NCBI RefSeq assembly: GCF_006345805.1
Contig: NC_042998.1
Location: forward strand, 1,860,001-1,924,000
DNA length: 64,000 bases
Origin: Octopus sinensis
Lineage: Eukaryota
Reading direction: 5' to 3'
Shown: positions 37,248 through 50,804 of the stretch, piece by piece
How the letters are laid out: each line of letters opens with the position of its first letter
Position numbering within the stretch: the stretch's first letter is position 1
Position numbers and translations under genes: made by a program
The notes under the pieces: generated by a model
Seen by the model: only the letters and a program-made list of their open reading frames with translations
What the model was told of the DNA's origin: nothing
Databases searched by the model: none

Positions 37248-38575
37248 CAGGAATGGCTGTGCGGTAAGTAGCTTGCTTACCAACGACATGGTTCTGGGCC
37301 CAGTCCTAATGCATGACACCTTGGGAAAATGTCTTCTGCTACAGCCTCGGGCTGACCAAAGCCTTGTGAGTGGATTTGGTAGACGGAAACTGAAAGAAGC
37401 TCGTCGTATGTGTGTGTGTGTGTTTGAAGAATTTTTAGTCGTATGTATCGACCCCAGAATCTTTTTAGGTGATTTTCAATCAGCACATAAAGTTAACCTT
37501 TGAAGGTCTCTCCACATGCTAGAAATAACAGTCAAATCTTACAAGTTTATATTTTTTTATAATTTCATGTAAACAAAAACGGAAATCGCAATTGTAAAAT
37601 AAAAATTATTTTCCAAAATTCCAATTTTTAAGTAAGAATAATATATTCAATCGAAAAATGGTGTCAAACCATTTATGTCTCTCACAATGGTATGTTCCGT
37701 GTTTCAATTATTTTCCTCGTTTTAAGAATAATTTTAAAGTTCGAAAACGAAAATAAATCAATAATAGAATAACAGAACTCAAGACTCTTTACTACTCAAT
37801 CTGTATATTGTCTGAATTCCAACAAAAGGGAAAGCATTTACATCAAGAAATGTGTAAAGACATAAAAATGATAAGAACTACGTTTGAATGACTATAAATA
37901 CACACACAAAATGAAAGTAAATATTAGACATGGAGTGGCTGTGTGGTAAGTAGCTTGATTACCAACGACATGGTTCCGTGTTCAGTCCCACTGCGTGGCA
38001 TCTTGGGCAAGTGTCTTCTACTATAGCCTCGGGCCAACCAATGCCTTGTGAGTGGATTTGGTAGACGGAAACTGAAAGAAGCCTGTCGTATATATGTATA
38101 TATATAAGTGTGTGTGTTTGTGTGTCTGTGTTTGTCTCCCTAGCATTGCTTGACAACCGATGCTGGTGTGTTTACGTCCCCGTCACTTAGCGGTTCGGCA
38201 AAAGGAACCGATAGAATAAGTACTGGGCTTACAAAGAATAAGTCCCGGGGTCGATTTGCTCGACTAAAGGCGGTGCTCCAGCATGGCGGCAGTCAAATGA
38301 CTGAAACAAGTAAAAGAGTATGTCTCTGACATGTTTTTCTTCACAAAAACCAGAATTTATTATTTTTATGGAGAAACACCTATCTCCCTATTTAGGCAAA
38401 CGATAAGAAGTATCGTTTGTCTAAATATGTGTCTGTGTGTTTGTCCCCCACCATCGCTTGACAACCGATGCACACACACCCACACATATATACGACGGGC
38501 TTCTTTTAGTTTCCGTCTACCAAATCCACTCACAAGGCTTTGGTTGATCCAAGTCTATAGCAGAAGACACTTATC
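37244..38575 (+). mobile_element. SINE family A copies (head 37244-37410, full 37927-38319, rearranged pieces 38415-38575)
   Basis: Same head, core and 3' modules as 29334. Confidence 0.8.
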
Positions 38576-41500
38576 TCTCAACATGTTAGAAATAACAGCT
38601 AAATCTTACAAGTTTATATTTTTTATAATTTCATGTAAACAAAAACGGAAATCGCGATTGTAAAAAAAAAAATTATTTTCCAAAATTCCAATTTTTAAAT
38701 AAGCATAATATATTCAATCGAAAAATGGTGTCCAAACATCTCTATTCCTCCCAATGTTAGACCTTCAACGGCTGGAGAAAGTTCAAAGGATCAACTTATT
38801 CTCATTAACCTGTGAGAGAAGAAAACAAGACTTTTAATATATATTTTAAATTGCTGATTTTTCTGCGACCAAAAATTCTTCAAAGCGGTGCCCCAGCATG
38901 GCCGCAGTCCAATGACTGAAACAAGTAAAAAGATTTTTAGAAAAAAAAAACGAGGAGGTTATAAAAATATTTCAAGAGATTTGACTGTTATTTCTAGCAT
39001 GTGGAGAGACTTTCTATAACATCATGCGCTGGTTGAAAATCACTGGAAAAAAATTCTGGGGTCGTTATATTCGACTAAAAGTTCTTCACGGTGGTGCCCC
39101 AGCATGGCCGCAGTTTAATAGCTGCAACAAGTAAAAAGGAAAAAAATTCTGGGGGTCGATACGTTCAACTAAAAATTCTTCAAAGCGGTGCCCCAGCATG
39201 GCCGCAGTCAAATGACTGAAACAAGTAAAAGGTTGAAAAAATGAAAAAATATAATCGTGGGGCTTTTGTCCTACACTCGTTTTATCGACCACCAACGGGA
39301 TGAAAGCTTAAGTTGACCTCGGCGGAATTTGAACTCTGAACGATGAAGTGTAGCGACAGGTGAAATGCTAAGCATTTTGCCTGGCGCCAGTAATTCCTGT
39401 CAGCTCGTCGCCTTAAATGCAAAAATGTATTTAACTCTTTGCTGCTGCAACAATCGATTGCTATGATAAAAAGGAGAAAACGTGATATTTTGGGCCCCAT
39501 TAAACTCTTCTTCAATTAAACAATATTCTTTTCTACATTTAAAACAACTGAAGTCATCATTTTAATGATACTTCTTTTTCAAAATTCTAATTTTGTTTTT
39601 CACACATCAAATCATGATATTTAATTTTATATTTAATCGTGAAAGGTACGAGAAACCAGATGAGGTGAGATTAAGAAAATCATGAAAAAAAAAACTCCAT
39701 TTAAGTGGTGATTGTTGTTCCTAAGGCAGAATGAAGGGGGGGGGGGGCGAGTAGGATTTTTTTTTTAAATTATGGATAATTTTTTTTTTTTTAATGCCAA
39801 TTACAAGTGTTTCAGGGATCGGAATTCTATAAAAGTTTCATACTAACTGTAAAAAGTATGGTGGGATGAAGGGAAGGTAGGTACGAAATGATTTTGGGGG
39901 TATTTTTGTGTTTTTACTCTAAAAATGCAGATTACATGAGAATGAGGGGAGACACTGGAAATTTATAGATTTCAATTTCTTTTCTGTTTTTTTTTTTTTT
40001 TAGAAAAAGCTCTCACGCTAATTCATTTGGAAATGCGTGATATTGAAAAACTGGGCGAAAACGGAGAAAATCCTACTTAAGAGTAACAGTGATTCTAAAG
40101 CAGTGGGGCAGATGGGTTTTTTTTTCTTTTCCCAGGATATGGAGTACTTTAAGATGAGAGAGAATTAAAATAATGGTGGTGGCTGTCTTGAAGGGGCGAA
40201 AGTAAAGAATACGTACACCCGGTGTTTAGGGTTAGGGTTAAGGTTAGGGTTTTTGTTACGCCGAAAACGTGTGGTGTGCGAATTCTTTATCCTCCGCCCG
40301 AGTATGGTTGGAGGCGACGATGGAAGATCGTTGATTTTTTGTTTGAAGTGCAAGAGGCAAAAGAAAATCTGTGAAGTCCAGGGAAATAGGGAGAAATTCC
40401 AATTTATGTGGGACAGCTATGTTAAAGTCCACCTTTTCCTGAAATATCATTGGAATTTTACTGACTTTTGTTATTGTTTGTTTCTGACTGTGTGTTGTGT
40501 ATCCAAACACAACACACAAAATATTTGTTTTTATTTCATTTTCCTATTTTTTATCCATTTAAGGACATAAAAGGCAATTAGTTGAAGTAGTTGCCTCCCT
40601 TTAATTGAATTTAGTCTCAGTTGTCTACCTTACATAACTAAATGTATTTTAGTACATTTTCTCTACGACTGTTTCTTCAAATACTTCTCACAAGACTTAC
40701 AAAGCATCATTGATTTTTCTTTACGTCTTAATTATAAATATTTGTTTCTTATAACGTTTAGTTAACCTGTTATAAGTGGAGAAGAGTTTTTGAAGTATTG
40801 TTGGTGGGAAGCAAGAGAAAAAAATGAACCTTGTTTGAAGAATCAAAAATAAGCGATATACTATTCATATAATTAATTATGATTCAATTCTTAGTGGATG
40901 ACGAAGACATTCCTGGATTTTATTGCATTAATTATAAGTCAGTGTTCTGTAACTATCGTTAGTTACTTTGTAATCGGTTAGATGAAAAAGCCCCTACAAC
41001 TGAATAGGAGAATGTGTGATAATTTTGAGTGGAGTGTTGAAAAAAGTTTAAATATTTTTTTATATTTAAGCCACAGAGGCAATGACGAAAGACCGAGACC
41101 TCTGGAGATATGCTGTGACTGCGAAAACCCGACAAATAACGTGAGTTCATGGCTGTTTCCTGCACCAGCTTCACATAGAAGCCCCAGCCCATCCAAAGTA
41201 CCTTGGATCGCAGGATGGCCTGCTCTGCTTACCTTAGATCGTAGGGCGACCTGCTGTGCTTGAGAAGACCTATTGAGTCAAGTACACAACATGAAAAAAT
41301 CAAATGGAAATTGTAGTCGTGATACCTGTGCTGGTGGCACGTAAAAAGCATCATCCGAACGTGGCTGATGCCTGCGCCGCCTTGACTGGCTTCCATGCCG
41401 GTGGCACGTAAAAAGCACCAACCGATCGTGACCATTGACAGCCTCCCCTGGCACCTGTGCCGGTGGTACGTAAAAAGCACCCACTACACTCACGGAGTGG

Positions 41501-43269
41501 TTGGCGTTAGGAACAGCATCCAGCAGTAGAAACACTGCCAGATCAGACTGGAGCCTGGTGCAGCCTCCTGGATTCCCAGACCCCGGTCAAACCGTCCAAC
41601 CCGTGATGATGATGATGATGCTGATATTCTGAAGATTCCCTATTTTTCTTAGGTTTCCCATCGCCTTCTATCAATTACTTTACAATTTGGCTGTATGAAT
41701 CTGAGAAAAGTTAAACTGGAATGTGATGGAGCTTAAACTGGGTTGTTGAGCTCATTCTTTCTGAAAACTGATATTGAAATGGCCTGGAGGTTATTTGGAG
41801 ACAAAGCACCAACACCTGACTTAATAATGCTCAAACTCATTGCATCAAAGAGTAAAAAATGAAACATGGCTCCCAGAGAGACAAAATCATTCTTAACAAA
41901 TTAAAATCAGCATCATCAACATTTAATGTCCATTTTCCATGCTGCTATGGGTTGGATGGCTTGACAGGAACTGGCAAGACTAGGAACCACACTGGGTTCT
42001 ATAGTCTATTTCAGCTTGGGTTCTACAGCTGACTGTCCTTCCTAATGCCAACCACTTTACAGTGTACTGGGTGCTTATTATGTGGCACCCACACCAATTC
42101 TGTTGTGGTGGGCAGGTCTTCAGGAGTACAGCCATGTGCTACATATGCTCAGTCGTCTGAAACAAAAATATAATTATTGATAATGCTACAACAGTTCCAG
42201 ATGACAGAAGAACCAGCTGAAACTCAATTTAAAACCCTCATCAATAATCATTAAAAACATCATTAAGAAAAGAAACCTTTTGATAACACAAAATTAAATC
42301 TAAAATACTTTTTAAATACAAAATCACTGCATCACTTAATCCTAAATGTGCACAAAATGCTCTGATATGGTTTTAGAAATACAGGAAGAGATCTTATAGA
42401 AACAATACTGTTCTGTCTTCAATTAACAAACTTTTGTTGATCAGATTTACGTTGCTAAAGTTTGTTCTTCACAAAACATATCAGAGAAATGAAAAGTTGT
42501 AGAGGGAAAAGAAGAAATCCAAAGAAATGCAGTCAGTGATCCTGACAAATTTCTTAAGATTGTTCTAAATAAATATTAAACTCTGGCAAAGATTTCTTGA
42601 TAAAAATATTTATCATAGGAAATCTATTTTATCTCAAACTCCAATCCTAAGCTAATGCACAAAAACAACATGGCCAAAGAGAAAAAGTATTGGCCAATTT
42701 CACCATCTTCACAATCTTTGAAATACTACTGAGATATAAATATAAAGCATCTCTTAATTCCTGAAACAGAAAGTTCCTGAAATATCCAACACAAAAAAAG
42801 GAGGAAGATTCACTTTGGAAATAAACTTCACAGTTAGTCCAGAGGATCTGTGAAGCAATTCAAACTGAGGATCAGTTCACGTACCTTACACAGATACTGC
42901 CGTACATTAGTAGCAAAGAGGTCATTTTCTAAAATGTAAAGAAGGCTGTGCTACACACATCTCATGGGCACCATTCCATGTGTTTATCTGTTGAAAACTC
43001 GTCCTATATCAGCACACTAGTAGTTAATATCAGGCCATCAATCTTGTACTATGGTGTAAAAGAGTTGTGTCAGATACAAAGTTGTTTTCATTTTAATAAG
43101 TAACTCTATGTTACTATAGTTTGACATCTTTGATGAGAAAGATAAAGAAATCCTGATGACCCATAACAACCGTAAGATCTAGTCAATTTAATTCTCTTTC
43201 ATCGCTGCTAAGAAAGACCAAGTACCTATGAATATAGATCCACAGATTCATTAGTAACAAACCACCATC

Positions 43270-44210
43270 ATCATTTGTTTTTCCATGCTTGCATCAGTTG
43301 GCTGAATCTTCTTCAGTATAGCACCTTACCACTGACAATTATTTCCGTTGAGCTCCAGTGATCTTCCTCAGATTCCCTCTACTTAGATCACCTTCTTACC
43401 CAACTATCGTCCTCCATACATATCACATCTATACCATCACAGTCTCCTCTGTTGCACAATTAATTCCTCTTATACCGAAATTTTCACCTCAGCTCCTCTC
43501 TGTTAGCAAGTTTATGCCCTGCTAACATTGCATATCCAGCAGAGTTTACTCGTCTCCTTTCTATCCAGCCATCACAAATAACTTCTATTCATTCAATGCC
43601 CATATTTCATTACCAAGCAATATTACCTGTCATACACAAGCATCATACAATATGAGATTCCCTTTGTTCCATGAACTTTTTCCCACCCATCTGGCTACTG
43701 TGCTTCCAGAGCTCATCTCCACTGCTAATTGGATCACCTGGATAACAGAAAGCGTCAATTACTTATGGGAAATTTGAAATGATTTATTTGATGTCTGCTC
43801 TTTTTCCTACCTATTCCACTGCATCTCCTACAAACAAGTTTTTTTTCATTTTGGACTTCCTGCTTATATACAATATACCTCTTATTCCCACACAGTATAC
43901 ACAGGGTAAAGAATATAGAATTTCTATCCACTCCTTTTCTGCATATCTCACATTGGCACTGCTAAAATGATAGATTCTTACTAAGGCTTTTGTTTTTGTT
44001 TGGTTAATTTTTAGACATCTTCATTTTTGGCATTGCTTCCATACTTGGAGTTTATCATTTAATTCTTTGACTGATTTGGCTATCAGAACTAGATTGCTGA
44101 CACACATGAACTTCCTGGGCCAGATGGTCATCAACTTCTCTGTTATAGCCTGGAGAACTAAAATAAAGAAGGGGCTGAGAACAAGGCCCTGATAGAGTCC
44201 TTCTGGCATT
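43270..44210 (-). mobile_element. Old, degenerate RTE RT/C-terminal fragment
   Basis: GLYQGLVLSPFFILVLQAITEKL...LVLIAKSVKELNDKLQVWKQ (44021-44209) aligns by eye to the RTE segment GVHQGSVLSPLLF...LIAESLSELEEKFQVWKQ. An LYDACV-like remnant lies near 43640. Confidence 0.65.
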
Positions 44211-45236
44211 CTACATTTTTCACTGAATAAATTTATGTGATCAGACTACAAACGCACTGAGGACGTGGTGCTTTGTTTCATCTTTTGTAGTGACTGAGAG
44301 AATAGTTATGCTGAAAACACTGTTCCATCTAAGCTGTGTTCGATGCCAGTGCCCCCTGACTGACTCCCATGCTGGTGGCACGTAAAAAGCACCATCCGAA
44401 CATGGTCGATGCCAGTGCTGCCTGTCTGGCTCCCATGCCGATGGCTTGTAAAAAGCATCCACTATTCCCTCAGAGTGATTGGTGTGAGGAAGGGCATCCA
44501 GCTGTAGAAACCTTGACAGATCAGAGTGGAGCCTGGTGCAGCCTCCATGGCTTGCCAGTCATCAGTCAAATCGTCCAAACCATGCCAGCATGGAAAACGG
44601 ACTTTAAACAATGAGGATGATGAAGAAATTTGAGCAATGGTTACTCACATGGATGCACACTTATTTTGCAAAGAAACAATTTGCACACAATATAAATTCC
44701 TCTGCACAAAAGGAACATTGGTTGAGAATGTCTATTTTTCCAAGTATTTTTTGGTTTGACCAAAATCGTTTTTTATTTCTCTGCCATCTTTTGAAGATAC
44801 TTTAACTCAGCGAAACAATGTTTTCACCCTTTTGCTACTATATTTCTGTGTGAAATACACAGCCTTTGTTTCAGCAAGTCTCGAAAATAATGAAGAATTT
44901 AGTAAAATACCTGTGTGATTATTAAACAGGAGAACATTAATTAATATAAAAATTTTGCTGGAAGGTTTTGATTTAAATCACTTTGAAATGAAAAATTTGT
45001 ATTGAAAACCAAGGTAGTCTTAGGCAGGTTGGTGACAAAAGTGTGAGTCAGTTGCTATTAAGGGAGTAATGTGAACTGTTACCATAGTTGCATTGAAGTA
45101 AAGAATTTGCATAGTCCTATTTCTTTGAACTGGTTATAGATGAGATGAGACTTTTGGATGACTGCAGTTAATCATTATATTAGTTTTGCTAAAATTCTTT
45201 TTAAAATATGGTTTCATGTTAAACATATTTTTACAT

Positions 45237-45594
45237 TGGAGTAAAGATTGTTTGCCAACATAACATGGCAGTCCTCGTTTAGGACGAATGTTGCTGTAAT
45301 TTAGCCCCAGGAGACCTCGTTTCCAGCTGGCTATACGACACGATCTGTGTCCTTATATTTTCAAACAAGAGAATCTAGCACCCCCACTCAACTCAAAACA
45401 ATATCTGCATATCACAATACACATACTGTTTTGAGCTGAGTGGGGGGGTGCTAGATTACCTTATTCGAAAATATAAGGACACACAGATAGTGTCGTATAG
45501 CCAGCTGGAAACGAGGTCTCCTGGGGCTAAATTACAGCAACATTCGTCCTAAACCAGGACTGCCATGTTATGTTAGCAAACAATCTTTACTCCA
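45237..45594. mobile_element. Fold-back (palindromic) MITE-like element, ~165-bp arms, ~26-nt loop
   Basis: 45237-45400 is the reverse complement of 45427-45594 with only scattered mismatches. Confidence 0.9.
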
Positions 45595-46295
45595 GAGTAT
45601 TGTTGCTGAATATTTCTTGTGAGATTTAAAAATATTAATTTCATATTTTTACATATTTTTCTAAATATTCCTCTCTCCCTTCACCCCAGTGTGTGTGTGT
45701 GTGTGTTACAGTTTCCTTGCCTTGTCATCGTGTGTCAATTATAAACAAATGTCACCATCATGCAAGTTGTCTCCTTTGTTCCCAGTCTTCCAGGAAAACT
45801 TGTCCAGCCATGGGGAAATATTACCTTATTTGGAAACAGGTGAAGGGCATCCAGCTGTAGGAAATCTGCCACAACAAAACTGCATGGAAGTGTGGGTGTT
45901 AAAATAATGATGGTGATATCTCCCAAATTTCTCACAAGCACATATTCAGGAAAATGTATGCATGAGTGTGCATACATGACTGTACGTGTATTCATACATA
46001 CCTTTATGTATAGAAAGGCAGGTGTTAATATTTCCAAATACACTTCATTATATTATATTCAGGCATGTGCATGTGTCCAACCAAATTTGTTGAAGAAGAT
46101 TTTCTATGGCCAGATGCCCCTCCTGCACCAGTCCTCACCTATTTCAAAGCAAGTTTATATTCTCCCATACCTAAATATATTTTTCACAGAAGACTGAAGA
46201 TAACCTTGCTTCTAAGACAATGATGTTCATCTATAATCTATCATGTGATGTCTAGACAATGCTACACACAAACACATAAATATGTGTGTGTGTGT

Positions 46296-46333
<38 letters not shown>

Positions 46334-47364
46334 TTCCCCTCTGCCGAAAAGGTAATTATCTCCACGCCTGCTTGATATGTTATTTTTGTCTCATTTTGTC
46401 TAAAGTCGTAAGACACCCGCTGTTATCCTGTTTTTAACCATTATTGTTTTCAATTTGTTTTCACTTTTTGTATTCATATTCGTCTCTGTTGCGTTTACAT
46501 TCTTTCCTTCTACCAAGAAATCTAATGCTCACAGCTTAGTTTTTCCTTGGGGCTGGCCGAGTTGGAGCAAATATCAGAATTAATCAGCCGAAATTTGCCA
46601 TGATGATTCGGTTTCTGACTGAAGATTGAAGGCTTCGAATGACTTGTCTGTTTTCTATGTTCGTCCCTTCATGTATTTCACGTTCTTTATATATAAAGTT
46701 TTATTCCTATATATATGTATACACACACACATACATACATATATTGACACACACACACGCACACATACTCACTAGGCTTTGATCAGTCCATGGCTATAGT
46801 AGAAGACATTTGTTCAAAGTGTCCTACAACAGGATCAAACCCAAGCACATCATTTGGGGAGTAAGCTTTTAGTTACACAGCCAAACAGGCTCCTATATAT
46901 GAGTGTATATGTGTATATATATATATATGTTGTGAAGGTGCATGGCTTAGTGGTTACGGCATTGCACTCATGATTGTGAGATCATGGGTTCGATTCCCAG
47001 ACCAGGAATTGCATTGTGTTCTAGAGCAAATCACTTCACTTCACATTGCTCTGTGATCATTTCCTCTCACCTGAGATGTGGCACCCAGTTGCACCTGTAC
47101 AGGTAATGTTGATTTGATGGAGGGAGTGAGCTAATGTGAACACAAACATTTGATCACCATAAACAAATCATCTGTGTGGTTGTTCGGCAAGAAATTGCTG
47201 AACCCTCAAATGTTGTCTAATGACAGGAGAATCCATGATATCTTTATATATATTTTAAATATAGGATAAAATCTTTATAAGAATTTATCAAGTAGTTAGT
47301 GTGAAAAACCTCAAAAGGGAAAAATTTATTAATTATTCCCTATAAATATATTTATTTATATTAA

Positions 47365-47540
47365 GGGCATTACTATACATAAATGCCTCACGCTAGGAGG
47401 GACCATATGCAGCTGAGTCTGTTTTTAGGGAGCTCGCTTCAAGAGTTGCATTCTCTCGCGTTCGGTACAATGTAGTTATTACAGTAGTTTTGACTTTAAG
47501 AGTCCCTCCTAGCGTGGGGCATTTATGTATAGTAATGCCC
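47365..47540. mobile_element. 176-bp MITE with ~39-bp TIRs and TTAA target duplication (Kolobok-like)
   Basis: TTAA|GGGCATTACTATACATAAATGCC...GGCATTTATGTATAGTAATGCCC|TTAA. Purine-start termini with a TTAA TSD fit Kolobok rather than piggyBac. Confidence 0.7.
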
Positions 47541-47568
47541 TTAATATAAATATATATATATATATATA

Positions 47569-48045
47569 CTAGCAGTATTGCCCGGCTTTGCAAAATGGTC
47601 ACATTTAATTCAAAGCATTAAAAATGTTATGAAAACAATTGCTATGTGTTCACAAAGTCCAAACGATTAATACGAAAAAACCCTCCAGGCTACATCCCGA
47701 AAATTCATTTCTTTGCCGAATTTCTACAATGTTTACGGCGATTCGTTTTTATATCTTGATTTTTATTTTTCATGCAATTTACGCATGCTTGCACGCGTGG
47801 TGAACACAGTTCATGTCAAACAGCTGACTGAGTAAAGTTCGCTATTCAATGCATGGGATAAGGCCTAAACAAACACATTATCGATTTTTGCACTTGCGAG
47901 ATGAATTTCGGAACAGAAATAGCGCAGTTCAGTTTTCATTCACCTAAACTTTAAGTGACCCATTTTTGGTGGTTCTACGATTTGTTGGCTAGGAGGAGAT
48001 GTGCCGGGAAGTTAAACACACAGACACGCAAGTTGAGTTTTATAT
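47569..48045 (-). mobile_element. Non-autonomous Helitron-like element
   Basis: Minus-strand 3' end ...GCCGGGCAATACTGCTAG|T resembles the end at 8620. The 5' part TATATAAAA..GTGTCTGTG resembles 8236. Confidence 0.6.
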
Positions 48046-48594
48046 ATATATATATACATATATATATACACACACACACACACATATATCTCATTGAAAA
48101 ACACATGCTGTTTATACTACTTCTTCCCTCTGCATGTTTCACCATTCCAACTATTTGCACCCTCTGCAGTGGATGTTCATAGTGTATTTAGATGCAGATC
48201 TACAAAGTTCTTCAAGAGAACACTACTTTATTATATTATTATTGATACATAGCATTTGTTCTGTGTGAACATAGCATAATAAAGAAGAGCCATCGTAGAT
48301 CTGCATCTAATTTCACTGTGAATACTTGCTGCTGAGAATACAAGTAGAAGAGTGAAATATGCTGAAGAATCAAATGGTATAAACCTCAAATGTTGTGTTG
48401 ATCGAATTTATCTTTTTTTTTCAATATTTGTTCAGTACATGATAACCAACAATACTACTAAATATAGTAGTAAGCACACCACTGTATCAAAGTAAACTAG
48501 ATGATAATAGTCTACATAGAGCTCTGAATTCACCAGCAGCAGTCCTATATCTAATAGTTCTATCAAGAACTAATACATACATATAATATATATA

Positions 48595-48644
<50 letters not shown>

Positions 48645-49763
48645 CACACACACATGATGATGAGACCCCCTTTGGTCATGACTGACCATGGGATTGCACC
48701 TAGAGAGTTACCCTCCGAGGCACAAGTCTGGGCAAGGTTGTTTATGGAAGACCAGCAGTCGCCCATGCATAACAGCCTTTCCTCTCCACACCACTGATGT
48801 TATCCAAGGGAAAGGCAAAGGGGCCGATACAGCTTGGCACCAGTGATATCACAACTCATTTCTACAGCTGAGTGAACTGGAGCAACATGAAATAAAGTGT
48901 CTTGCTCAAGAACACAACATGCAGCCCGGTCCAGGATTCGAACTTACAACCTCACATTCGTAAGCTAAATGCTCTAACCACTGAGCCATGCGCCTTCACA
49001 TACACACACACATATATAAGTATGTATGCATATATATAGAGAGAGATAGATAGATAGATAGAAGTGCAATGACCCAGTGGTTAGGGCAGAGGACTCGCGG
49101 TCATGGGATCACAGTTTCGATTCCCAGACCAGGCGTTGAGTGTTTATTGAGTGAAAACAACTAAAAGCTTCACAAGACTCTGGCAGGGGTTGGTGGCGAA
49201 CCCTGCAGTACTCTTTTACCACAGCATTCTCTCACTCTTTCTTACTATTTCTGTTGTACCTGTATTTCAAAGGGTCAGCGTTGTCACACTCTGTGTCTTG
49301 CTGAATCTCTCTGTGAACTATGTTAAAGGTACACGTGTCTGTGGAGCGCTCAGCCACTTGCACGTTAATTTCACGAGCAGGTTGTTCCGTTGATCGGATC
49401 AACTGGAACCCTCGTCGTCATAACCAATGGACTGCCACGACGATATATATATTTTTTATTCATTTTTGCGCTCTTTTCAAGCCTAGCCAGGCTCATGGGC
49501 CCGGTTTCTATGGCGTATGTGTTCCCCCAACCTGGACGGGATGCCAGTTCATTGCAGCGTTACTCAAGAAACAGGAAGAACGAGTGAGAGAAAGTTGGGG
49601 CGAAAGAGTACAACAGGGGTCGCCACCACCCCCTGCCAGAGCCTTGTGGAGCTTTTAGGTGTTTTCACTCAATAAACACACACAACGCCCTGTCTGGGAA
49701 TCGAAATCACGATCCTCCGACCGTGAGTCCGCTGCCCTAACCACTGGGCCATTGCGCCTCCAC

Positions 49764-49802
<39 letters not shown>

Positions 49803-50804
49803 TATATATACATACACGTGTGTGTATATGTAATATTATGTTTGATGATGTAAAATAATAGGTGTATACAATTAGCGCTGAGGTTGACTTCCTGTCTAAA
49901 CTCCACCTTGAACTGCAACTGAAAATGCAAGGCTATCGCAGCTGCCTAAATGAGGATTGGTTACAGGTGGTGTTTCAATTGAGTTGGTAAATGCATAATA
50001 GAATAAAAAGGATACATACAGGTGAACAACAAGTATCTGGTCTGATTACATTTATAAATTGATACAACTTAGGAATAGAAAGGAAGGTTTCAGGAGTTTA
50101 GACTACAAGCAATAAAGGATTGGTTGAAAAATATTTGCAATTAAGGAAAATTAGAGCAGACATTAAAAGAGGGGGGCCCACTATTAAATGCTAGGTGTAA
50201 TCTTAAAATATCAGAGGGGGGATAACATTTTTTTAAATTTTGCATGTATATGCACACAAATACGCATGTGAGTGTGAGTGTGAGTGTGAGTGTGTGTGTG
50301 AGTGTGAGTGTGAGTGCACGTGCTACTGTCTCCTTGCTTTGTCATTATGTGATTAAAGCAATAAAAGAGAATGGTTGAGGAATGTTCATAATGGTTGTGC
50401 TATATCTGATATTCTTCCCAGCACAGTTATAATTTAAGTTCATTTTACTGATATTAGATATTAGGTTAAGGCAGATCATCATAACTGAAATCCGAAACTG
50501 CATAAGAAGTTGTGCAGGTAGTCCTCCCTTACAATAATTTTAAGAATACCATTTGTCCACCAGTCAGATGTGAACCTTATCATACGAGAGCAGCAGGGTA
50601 ACTTATAACCCCCCTCCCACCACCACCACTATTATCGCTTCTATTTCTCTAATCCCGCCTCTTCTTCGCTTAACTCTTTCCTTCCTACCTACATAACCCC
50701 CCTCCACCAATTATCGCAACCTACCACACAGCCAAGTTATTCCTAAGTCCATTATATCTTTGTATCCAATCTCCTCCCCTCTGAAACTTAAGACCTCTTA
50801 CCAC

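Larger units (their letters stand above)
46932..49002. mobile_element. tRNA-derived SINE family D copies (46932-47235 + and 48655-49002 -; another at 62636-62935 +)
   Basis: Head GTGAAGG(C/T)GCATGGCT(C/T)AGTGGTTA...GTTCGA(A/T)TCC. The 48655 and 62636 copies share GTGTTCT(T/C)GAG(C/T)AAGACACTT and GCCAAGCTGTATCGGCCCC. Confidence 0.7.

Noticed and set aside
40895-40957. 63-nt symmetric candidate exon (DDEDIPGFYCINYKSVFCNY) with AG/GT boundaries
   Set aside because: Weak polypyrimidine tract, unrecognised peptide and no neighbouring exons. Compatible with chance.
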